A stretch of 50,746 bases of DNA, from NCBI GenBank assembly GCA_026713835.1, contig JAPONP010000088.1, positions 1-50,746 of the forward strand, in the 5' to 3' direction. Shown here one piece after another: positions 19,704-26,767 of the stretch (position 1 is its first letter; every line of letters begins with the position of its first letter). This DNA comes from Bacteriovoracales bacterium (GTDB lineage: Bacteria > Bdellovibrionota > Bacteriovoracia > Bacteriovoracales > Bacteriovoracaceae). The translations under genes and the position numbers were made by a program. The notes below the pieces were generated by a model that was not told the origin of the DNA, did not search any database, and worked only from the letters and a program-made list of their open reading frames with translations.

Positions 19704-20303
19704 TTATTTTTCGAGGACGATATCGAGCCTGACGTCCACTTCACTCCCTATGACCGTTTTGCCCACGATACCCTTAAATTTCTTCCATAGGTTTTTTTCC
19801 AAAGGACGATTCCAAGTCACTCCAAAATCGTCTTTGTTGATTTTGGTCAAGGCCTTAAAACGTCCGGGCCCCACTCTCTTGACATCCAGGGATACGTCCC
19901 TGGTTTTTCCCTTGAGGGTGAGTTTTCCCGGGAGCTTAAAACGATCCTCTATTTTGACTTTCCCGGGGCCTTGTCGAAACTTCATCACGGCGTTTTCGGA
20001 TTTTTCCACATCAAAAAAATCCGCACTTCTCAAATGATCGTCCCTCTTTTGTTTTCCCGTGTTGATACTGCCCACGGCGATATCGGCCGTCACCCCCGAC
20101 ATCATGGAGCCTTTACCGATGTTGACGGAACCGCTGAATCGATCAAAGTTTCCCTCAACGGTCGCTCCGATTTTATACTTGACGATTTCAAATCCCACGC
20201 GAGATTTTTTGGCATCGATCATCCGGCGGGCCGCATGGGCGGGATCGGAAAAAAAGGTGAGGGGGAAAGAAAGGAAAAGGGCGACGATCGGTAAAGCTTT
20301 CAT
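19704..20303 (-). CDS. YceI-family periplasmic protein
   Basis: 199 aa with a signal peptide ending AHA. Contains the YceI-like core SRVGFEIVKYKIGATVEGNFDRFSG. Its ATG overlaps the DUF2063 gene stop (ATGA). Confidence 0.8.
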   Translation of the reverse strand: MKALPIVALFLSFPLTFFSDPAHAARRMIDAKKSRVGFEIVKYKIGATVEGNFDRFSGSVNIGKGSMMSGVTADIAVGSINTGKQKRDDHLRSADFFDVEKSENAVMKFRQGPGKVKIEDRFKLPGKLTLKGKTRDVSLDVKRVGPGRFKALTKINKDDFGVTWNRPLEKNLWKKFKGIVGKTVIGSEVDVRLDIVLEK

Positions 20304-21061
20304 GGGGTTCTCCTATAAAAAATTGATTGTTTTTCTAAAAACGCTATTTTCTCTCGAAACTCCGATTTCGTAAACCGGACCCTTTCTCCCAAAATCTTTT
20401 GGACCGCAAGGTGAAAGGTTCTCTCATTTTGCCCCTCGCTAGGGCCCGTGGACAGGGCCTCATAGAGGGCCACATGGAAGATGTCACAAAGGGTCATCAC
20501 ACAATTTCCCGTCTTCTCATCCCTTGCGATCACGAGGATATTGGATTTTGGAGAAGGGCGTCCACGGAGAGGTGCGAAACCGTTTTCCCTCTCCCAATGA
20601 AAAATCCATCCGGCGATATCGAAGCGAAGTTCTAAAAGGACGTGGGCCTCATTGAGAATGTAGAGAGGGTCCCCCTGCCCACCGCGTCCCCGCTCGGCCC
20701 AAGCCTTGGGGGAACCTCGGTGACTATAGACCACATATTCGCCCCATTCATACCTGGCCAAATCCACGAGATCTTCCGAGACCAATCGGTTTTTTTCCAA
20801 ATAATCCGGAAAGTGCCGGGCCAAGTGGTTCAATTCCCAGGCGTAGGGGGGATACTCGCGAAAATAACCTTGGGCCCACTCATCCCAGGGGCATGGGTGA
20901 CATTCATCCAAACGAGTATAGACCTTCCCTAGAATCTCCCTATAATGATCCCGAACAAAGCCCCGGTAGAGTTCGCTCACCTTGGGGGAAAGACCCAAAT
21001 CCGCTTCTTGCCCTTCATAGAGGAGCTTTTTCCAACCGGAAAGATAATTTTTAAGCTCCAT
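20300..21061 (-). CDS. DUF2063-family protein, candidate RiPP recognition/partner subunit for the adjacent MNIO (MbnC/BufC/HvfC-like role)
   Basis: About 253 aa. The N-terminal region (YRGFVRDHYREILGKVYTRL...YFREYPPYAWELNHLARHFPDYL) follows the DUF2063 pattern. Its start overlaps the DUF692 stop (TGATG, or TTGA if the TTG at 21064 is used). Confidence 0.75.
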   Translation of the reverse strand: MELKNYLSGWKKLLYEGQEADLGLSPKVSELYRGFVRDHYREILGKVYTRLDECHPCPWDEWAQGYFREYPPYAWELNHLARHFPDYLEKNRLVSEDLVDLARYEWGEYVVYSHRGSPKAWAERGRGGQGDPLYILNEAHVLLELRFDIAGWIFHWERENGFAPLRGRPSPKSNILVIARDEKTGNCVMTLCDIFHVALYEALSTGPSEGQNERTFHLAVQKILGERVRFTKSEFREKIAFLEKQSIFYRRTP

Positions 21062-21969
21062 CAAGACGAAACCCCCGGAAAAAGTTTTTCAAGAACCCCC
21101 TTGGCCCTCACCACCTGTGCATCCAATGTCTCAAAAGGCGGCAGGTTATTGTCCCATTCGATCAAGGTGTTGATGGGACGCCCCGCTTCTTTCAAATACC
21201 ATTCGTAGAGTTCCCACACCTCCTCACAGACGGCCGAACCGTGGGTATCGATGACGAAATCCTGTCTCTGTTCATGGCCGGCCAAATGGATTTGAATCAC
21301 CCGATCACTTGGAAGACGGGTTAAAAAAGCCTTGGCCTTATGGCCCAAATTTTTTTCGTTCACATAAACGTTATTGATATCGAGGAGAAGATAACAAGAG
21401 GTTTCTGCGAGCAAACGGGTGATAAATTCCGATTCCTCCATGGTATGGTGGCGGGATTCCCCGTAATAGGTGATATTCTCTATGGCAAAAGGACGGTCGA
21501 AAAAACGTTGAATCCATCGGATTTTGTGGATCGTTTTCTCCAGAGAATCTTCGGTTTTGAGAATGGGGAGAAGGTCGTGGTAGTGATGCTTGAGAGAAGA
21601 GGAGATGCAAAGGTGGTCGCTAAACCAACGGGCTTCCGTGAAGTCCAAAAGTTCCCTTAAAGCCTCGCAGTAATCCGGGGGGACATCTTCACAGGAGCCA
21701 AGGGAAAGCCCCAAGCCATGGCAAACCAAGGGGTACTTTCCCTTGAGATTCGCGATGGCCCGGCGAGGTTTTCCCCCGTAGTCCATAAAGTTTTCACTGA
21801 TCAGCTCAAACCAATCGATGTGGTGGGAGGTCTCAAAAATGCCCCTCTCGTGTTCTAGGCGTAGGCCTGCCCCCACACCTAAAAATGAACGGGGATCAGC
21901 CGCAACTTCCCTTTCCGCATTTTCCACAGGAACCCTTTTTTCCCTTCTTGTCTTTTCCGCATTTCCCAC
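21061..21969 (-). CDS. DUF692 / multinuclear non-heme iron oxidase (MNIO, MbnB-TglH-BufB-HvfB family)
   Basis: TIM-barrel DUF692 pattern: GVGAGLRLEH, WFELISENF, CHGLGLSLGS, FSDHLC, HDLLP, AIENITYY, LLLDINNVYVNEKN, HLAGH, IDTHG, TLIEWD. The start is GTG at 21969 or 21927, both inside the 3' end of the precursor ORF. Confidence 0.88.
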   Translation of the reverse strand: MGNAEKTRREKRVPVENAEREVAADPRSFLGVGAGLRLEHERGIFETSHHIDWFELISENFMDYGGKPRRAIANLKGKYPLVCHGLGLSLGSCEDVPPDYCEALRELLDFTEARWFSDHLCISSSLKHHYHDLLPILKTEDSLEKTIHKIRWIQRFFDRPFAIENITYYGESRHHTMEESEFITRLLAETSCYLLLDINNVYVNEKNLGHKAKAFLTRLPSDRVIQIHLAGHEQRQDFVIDTHGSAVCEEVWELYEWYLKEAGRPINTLIEWDNNLPPFETLDAQVVRAKGVLEKLFPGVSS

Positions 21970-22108
21970 AGGAACCCTTTTTCATCTCTTTATGATCCCC
22001 GCTCTTCCAAGACTTTGGAGTCATATCGGCACAGCCGGTCATCCCGACGACCACGGCCCCCGTCAAAAAGGCCCTTTTGAGCAAATCTTTTGTCGCTTTC
22101 GTTTCCAT
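21896..22108 (-). CDS. Candidate RiPP precursor: 70-aa exported Cys/Gly/Lys-rich peptide (METKATKDLLKRAFLTGAVVVGMTGC-ADMTPKSWKSGDHKEMKKGSCGKCGKDKKGKKGSCGKCGKGSCG)
   Basis: The ATG at 22108 is preceded by AAGGAGGG with a 6-nt spacer. It has an N-terminal signal peptide with a lipobox-like MTGC and a core with five CG dipeptides. It lies immediately upstream of, and overlaps, the DUF692 gene. The listed 83-aa ORF (to 22147) is an upstream extension without an SD. Confidence 0.7.
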   Translation of the reverse strand: METKATKDLLKRAFLTGAVVVGMTGCADMTPKSWKSGDHKEMKKGSCGKCGKDKKGKKGSCGKCGKGSCG

Positions 22109-22226
22109 GGTGTTCCCTCCTTCTTTTAGATTAAGATCGACATTCACTTTTAAAACTCATATCTAAAGCATCCTAATCACCCGAAACGAAAATAGCAAAT
22201 TAAAAAAAATGTTATGGAGCGAACGA

Positions 22227-23906
22227 TCACCTGGTCAATTTTTTATAGACGATTCGATGGGGACGATCGGCTTCATCTCCTAGGCGACGACGAAGATCCT
22301 CTTCGTATTGAGAGAAATTGCCATCGAACCAAACCGCTCGGGAATGGCCTTCAAAGGCGAGAATATGGGTGGCGATGCGGTCGAGAAAGTAGCGGTCGTG
22401 GGAAATCACCACGGCACATCCCGGAAATTCCATAAGGGCGTTTTCGAGGGCCTGAAGGGTATTGACATCCAGATCGTTGGTGGGCTCATCGAGAAGAAGA
22501 AGATTCCCTCCCCCCAAAAGGGTTTTGGCCAAATGGGCCCTGGTCTTTTCTCCACCGGAAAACTCCTTGACCTTCTTTTTTTGGGTGTCTCCCGTAAAAC
22601 CAAACTTGGAGATATAGGCCCGCACGTTCACGTCCCTTCCCCCTACGGAAACCACGTCGAGATCCCCTCCAATCTCTTGAATGAGGGTTTTTTCTCCATC
22701 CATGGAGCGAGTTTGATCCACATGGGAAATTTGAACCGTCTCCCCCGTTTGAAAGGTTCCCTCATCCGGCTCCAATTCCCCTACGATCATCTTAAAAAGC
22801 GTCGTCTTCCCGGCCCCGTTGGGCCCGATCACCCCCACGATCCCTCCGGGAGGAAGCCCGAAGGAGAGATCTTCAAAGAGAAGTTTTTCCCCAAAGCCCT
22901 TCTTGATCCCGGAAGCCTTGACCACGAGGTTCCCCAAACGCGGGCCCGGGGGAATGGCCAATTCACTGACCTCCCGGTATTTTTCCTTTTGCTCCCGATA
23001 AATCCTGTCGTAATGATCGATTCTCGCCTTGGATTTGGCGTGACGGGCCTTGGGAGTGGAACGAATCCACTCCAATTCCTGGGCCAACCACTTTTGCCGC
23101 TTGGACTCTTGTTTTTCCTCTTTGGCCAAACGCTTGCGCTTTTGATCCAACCACGAGGTATAATTGCCCTCCCAAGGAACCCCGTGCCCTCGATCGAGTT
23201 CCAGTATCCAGCCGGCCACATTGTCGAGAAAATAACGGTCGTGGGTAATGGCGATCACCGTTCCTTTGTAGTGTTGAAGGTGACGCTCAAGCCATAAGAC
23301 GGTTTGGGCATCCAGGTGGTTGGTGGGCTCATCCAAGAGAAGAACGTCGGGCTCTTGTAAGAGCAATCGACAAAGGGCGACCCGCCTTCGCTCTCCTCCC
23401 GAAAGATCATCCACCACGGTTTCTTCGGGAGGACAGCGAAGAGAATCCATGGCCAGTTCCAAACGGGAATCCAAATCCCAAGCCCCACAGGCATCCAACT
23501 CGTCCTGAAGTTTGGCCTGACGATCCAAAAGATCGTTCATGGCCTTATCGTCCGTGACGCTCTCAAATTCTGCGTTGATCTTTTCAAATTCATTCAAGAG
23601 ATCCACCACCTCTTGGGCCCCCTCCCGCACCGTCTCCTTGACCGTCTTGCCGGGAGTAAGACTCGGCTCCTGGGGAAGATGACCTACGGAAATTCCCTTG
23701 CTCCGATCCACCTTCCCCAAATAATCCCCGTCGAGTCCTGCGATGATGCCAAGAAGGGTCGATTTTCCGGCCCCGTTAAGACCCAAAACTCCGATCTTGG
23801 CCCCGTAGAAAAAGGAAAGGGAGATGTCCTTGAGAACGTGTTTGCGTCCGGGGTAAACCTTACCGACCCCCGACATGGAAAAGATGATTTGCCGATCCGT
23901 ATTCAA
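22227..23906 (-). CDS. ettA: Energy-dependent translational throttle protein EttA (ABC-F)
   Basis: 559 aa with two ABC cassettes (GLNGAGKST / GPNGAGKTT, LSGGERRRV / FSGGEKTRA) and the EttA-like N-terminus IIFSMSGVGKVYPGRKHVLKDISLSFFYGAKIGVLG. Confidence 0.92.
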   Translation of the reverse strand: MNTDRQIIFSMSGVGKVYPGRKHVLKDISLSFFYGAKIGVLGLNGAGKSTLLGIIAGLDGDYLGKVDRSKGISVGHLPQEPSLTPGKTVKETVREGAQEVVDLLNEFEKINAEFESVTDDKAMNDLLDRQAKLQDELDACGAWDLDSRLELAMDSLRCPPEETVVDDLSGGERRRVALCRLLLQEPDVLLLDEPTNHLDAQTVLWLERHLQHYKGTVIAITHDRYFLDNVAGWILELDRGHGVPWEGNYTSWLDQKRKRLAKEEKQESKRQKWLAQELEWIRSTPKARHAKSKARIDHYDRIYREQKEKYREVSELAIPPGPRLGNLVVKASGIKKGFGEKLLFEDLSFGLPPGGIVGVIGPNGAGKTTLFKMIVGELEPDEGTFQTGETVQISHVDQTRSMDGEKTLIQEIGGDLDVVSVGGRDVNVRAYISKFGFTGDTQKKKVKEFSGGEKTRAHLAKTLLGGGNLLLLDEPTNDLDVNTLQALENALMEFPGCAVVISHDRYFLDRIATHILAFEGHSRAVWFDGNFSQYEEDLRRRLGDEADRPHRIVYKKLTR

Positions 23907-23961
23907 AACAGGGGCATTTTAGAAAAAATCCATCCGAGGGTCAAGCACTCAATATATCCCG

Positions 23962-24849
23962 TCATTTCGGAAAGAGGCCCCCAAAGAGGGAGAAGACAAA
24001 GATGAGGTAAGCCGGAAAATAAAAGAGGGCCAAGGTGAGAAATTTGATGCTTTTGGTGAAACGGAGAAAGGCCTTAAAATCCTCTTCCATGTAAAAATCC
24101 AACTCGTCTCTAAGTTCGTAAAGAGAATCGACCATGGAATGTCCACGGTGATGGCATTGGCCAAAAAGTTCCTCCAGTCGTCTTGCGATGACGGCGAGCT
24201 TTCCCTTCCTCGGCAAACGCTCCGGAGCGCATCGCTCGATCACTTCCCCAAGGGGCATTCCCAACTGCCCAAGGATAGCCGCACTGATGAGGGTGTGGTA
24301 ACAAGACTCGTAAGGACGAAAAAGTGCGATCTTTCTCTTTTGGTAGAAGAGATAAAAGCTTAACGCTCCCGCCCCTTGAAGCCCTGCCACCAGGAAAACA
24401 TCACCCCTTTCGGGCCATAGTTTCAAAACCCACCGACAAAAAAGACCAAAGCCCCATGTAACGGCCACAAAAGTGACGATTTGACCGAGTGTCGAAATGA
24501 GATGAGTGGAAAGTTTTTGTTCAAACTCCCAATCCTTGATTAAACACTTTCGCATATTTTTGAGATGCCCCGAAATAGGGGCCCCCCATTGCATGGAGTA
24601 TTGCAAAATGGTCTGAAGAAGAGCGGTATAAAATTTGTACCGGGGAAAGGCCAACTCCTCGGAAGAAACCCGTATTTGCCACTGAGCGTGACGGGCGATA
24701 AGATCCACCAATTGATCCAAGAGGTGCTTGGCCCGTCCACTCCTTCCCTCCGAGAAGGAGAAGCGAAAAGGGGAAGGGGAAGTGAGGGCCCAATTGAGGA
24801 CCATATAAAGTGCCGTCAGATAAAAAATAAAGGGTAATAAGGCCCACAT
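23962..24849 (-). CDS. Hypothetical polytopic membrane protein (weak resemblance to T2SS-F/TadB-type platform proteins)
   Basis: 295 aa with at least four hydrophobic helices and a cytosolic helical segment before the last TM. No family is confidently recognised. Confidence 0.5.
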   Translation of the reverse strand: MWALLPFIFYLTALYMVLNWALTSPSPFRFSFSEGRSGRAKHLLDQLVDLIARHAQWQIRVSSEELAFPRYKFYTALLQTILQYSMQWGAPISGHLKNMRKCLIKDWEFEQKLSTHLISTLGQIVTFVAVTWGFGLFCRWVLKLWPERGDVFLVAGLQGAGALSFYLFYQKRKIALFRPYESCYHTLISAAILGQLGMPLGEVIERCAPERLPRKGKLAVIARRLEELFGQCHHRGHSMVDSLYELRDELDFYMEEDFKAFLRFTKSIKFLTLALFYFPAYLIFVFSLFGGLFPK

Positions 24850-24914
24850 AAGCTCCCTTTGATGCAGGTTTCATTCCAAAGTTCGATGCATTTTAAAAAA
24901 GACTTCGTCTCGAT

Positions 24915-24943
24915 TTGACACCTTGGAAAAATCGGTTCATAAC
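24915..24943 (+). promoter_or_regulatory. Candidate sigma70-type promoter for the 24970 operon
   Basis: TTGACA (24915-24920), a 17-nt spacer, then CATAAC (24938-24943). Located in the divergent intergenic region, with AAGGAA before the ATG at 24970. Confidence 0.35.
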
Positions 24944-24969
24944 TTTTGTATTAAGGAATATATATTGTT

Positions 24970-25218
24970 ATGAGTCATCATAAGCACGAACTTCAACAGC
25001 AATACGATGAATTGAGCTTTTTGTGTCACCATTACGACCCCTATTGGCCCGACAAAACGTCGGAAAGTGTCAACGCCCTCCTTAAAAAATACCACCTGAC
25101 CCATCTGGACGATCCCTTTGTCATCAGCACCGAATTGCTCAAAATGCTCGTCCAATGTGAAAACGCCATGAAGAAACAAAAAGAGGAACGGGATGCATCC
25201 CAAACTTCCCTGCAATGA
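24970..25218 (+). CDS. Hypothetical small protein (82 aa, His/Gln-rich N-terminus)
   Basis: ORF with AAGGAA upstream. Its stop is directly followed by the ATG of the next gene at 25220. No recognisable family. Confidence 0.5.
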   Translation: MSHHKHELQQQYDELSFLCHHYDPYWPDKTSESVNALLKKYHLTHLDDPFVISTELLKMLVQCENAMKKQKEERDASQTSLQ

Positions 25219-25219
25219 G

Positions 25220-26767
25220 ATGGGGGATCCCTCTTTTTTCGTAACTGCTCTCCTCCTCCTTTTCCTTTCCTCTCCCTTTTTCACCGTCGCTCGGGGCAAT
25301 GTAACCTTCGACCTCGATCCCGATGGGGGTCAAAATGTTCTTTCCGGTCGAAGGATCGCTCAAAAATCTTTTCCCCTCTATGTGGATGAAGCCGACGGCT
25401 CCACCACCTCTCCCCATGTGATCTATTATCCCTTTATCAGTGCTTGCTCCAACACACCGGCCGATGCTAAGGCCTTCACGTTGGTCACATCTCCGGGGGA
25501 TAACGCCCCTTGTATGGGAACCACAGATCTCGAAGGAGAAATCCTCATCCCCCATTCATCCGTAGGAGACGGTCATCTCTATGCAGCTTTTGAAACCACC
25601 ATGCTTGGGCAATTTGAGATCATTTCCATAGGAAGGGGACCCGATGAAACACCCCAAGACAATTTGGAGGTTGAGGGCGAAACCCAAATCTCCGTTCGGG
25701 TGGATGTGGGACGGGCCTGCGCCGTCTATTCCTGCTCTCTTCCTTCAAACGACGTGTCCACTCTCTCGAGACGACTTTTGGTCTTTCATTCACAAGATGA
25801 AACCCTCCATACGGGAAAGTCCCTCACCACGGATGATGCGGTCTTTGAGCAAGGAGAAGTCTATAATATCAAAATATCCCGCAAACTCCCCTCACCATCG
25901 GCCGGCACCCATTTGCCCACTTACGAATTTTTCAAGGGAGATTCCCAGGTCTTCGTGAACTACAAAACCGAGGGACTTTCCATTAACCCCAACGAGATTC
26001 GCGCTCTGCGGGTGGTGGCCTATCCCAATCCCACGCAAACTTCGACTCCTTTTTGCGATAGCCAGACCACCGTGGACGGAGGTTGCCTCGCTCCCTGTGG
26101 AACCGAAAAATCCTGTCCCGTTTTCCGCCTGGAAGAGGCCGTGGAAACGGAAGAACGGGAACTCGTTCTTTCGGGTCTCAAAAACGGAGACCCCTTGCAC
26201 CTTTCGGTTTGCGTAGAAAACAAATGGGGCTTTTGCTCTGCTTTCCCTGCTACCCAAACCATTGCCCCCCAAGGGCTGGAAACATTTTTACAAGAACAGT
26301 CCTGCTTTTTTTTCTCGGCCGGCTTTAGACGAGAACACCGGGTGATCGAAGAACTCAAATGGTTTCGAGACCATATCTTGGCAGGCCATCCGTGGGGAAG
26401 ACAGTTCATCCGCTTTTACTACTCCAAGGCCCCTTCCTACGCCCTCTTTGTGGCCGAAACTCCCGTGCTCCGATTCTTTGTGCGCTCCGTGGCCCATGTT
26501 CTTTCCTCCGGCATCTCCCTCTATCGATCCTTGAGGGAGGAAGAAGGGGAAGACAAAGGCAATGTAACTGCTCGCACCTCTAGCAAAAACTGTAATAAAG
26601 GCAAGGTAACTGTTCTCCACCCGGATAAGATTGGTAGGAGGCAACGAGGAGCGCCCGAGGCGTGCTTCCTGCACGTCGCAGGGGAGCGACGAGGCAGTCG
26701 ACTGCCAAGATTGCCGGGGGGTGAGCAGTTACAAGGCAATAAGGACAAAGACCATGGCCGGACATAG
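25220..26767 (+). CDS. Hypothetical secreted protein with a Cys-initiated C-terminal helical/anchor-like domain. The 3' end is interrupted in frame by a MITE.
   Basis: Signal peptide MGDPSFFVTALLLLFLSSPFFTVARG. Cys-rich extracellular region. C-terminal segment CFFFSAGF...LKWFRDHIL...GRQFIRFYYSKAPSYA.... The last 59+ codons read through the repeat element at 26564-26732. Confidence 0.6.
   Translation: MGDPSFFVTALLLLFLSSPFFTVARGNVTFDLDPDGGQNVLSGRRIAQKSFPLYVDEADGSTTSPHVIYYPFISACSNTPADAKAFTLVTSPGDNAPCMGTTDLEGEILIPHSSVGDGHLYAAFETTMLGQFEIISIGRGPDETPQDNLEVEGETQISVRVDVGRACAVYSCSLPSNDVSTLSRRLLVFHSQDETLHTGKSLTTDDAVFEQGEVYNIKISRKLPSPSAGTHLPTYEFFKGDSQVFVNYKTEGLSINPNEIRALRVVAYPNPTQTSTPFCDSQTTVDGGCLAPCGTEKSCPVFRLEEAVETEERELVLSGLKNGDPLHLSVCVENKWGFCSAFPATQTIAPQGLETFLQEQSCFFFSAGFRREHRVIEELKWFRDHILAGHPWGRQFIRFYYSKAPSYALFVAETPVLRFFVRSVAHVLSSGISLYRSLREEEGEDKGNVTARTSSKNCNKGKVTVLHPDKIGRRQRGAPEACFLHVAGERRGSRLPRLPGGEQLQGNKDKDHGRT
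26564..26732 (-). mobile_element. MITE-like repeat element, copy B (169 nt, full length, with a nested 73-nt extra segment)
   Basis: Inverted termini GTAACTGCTCGCACC... / ...GGGGGGTGAGCAGTTAC. Flanked by a perfect 8-bp direct repeat AAGGCAAT (26556-26563 and 26733-26740). Homologous to copies at 1-56 and 40501-40589. Confidence 0.85.

Noticed and set aside
21818-22129. 103-aa plus-strand ORF opposite the RiPP precursor and the MNIO start
   Set aside because: It has no RBS and no motifs. The minus strand has a strong SD, a signal peptide and operon logic.
22162-22198. Possible promoter for the RiPP operon (minus strand TTGCTA - 17 nt - TAGGAT, at 22198-22170)
   Set aside because: Both hexamers are only partial matches and other alignments are equally plausible. 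I note it as a hypothesis and do not list it as a feature.
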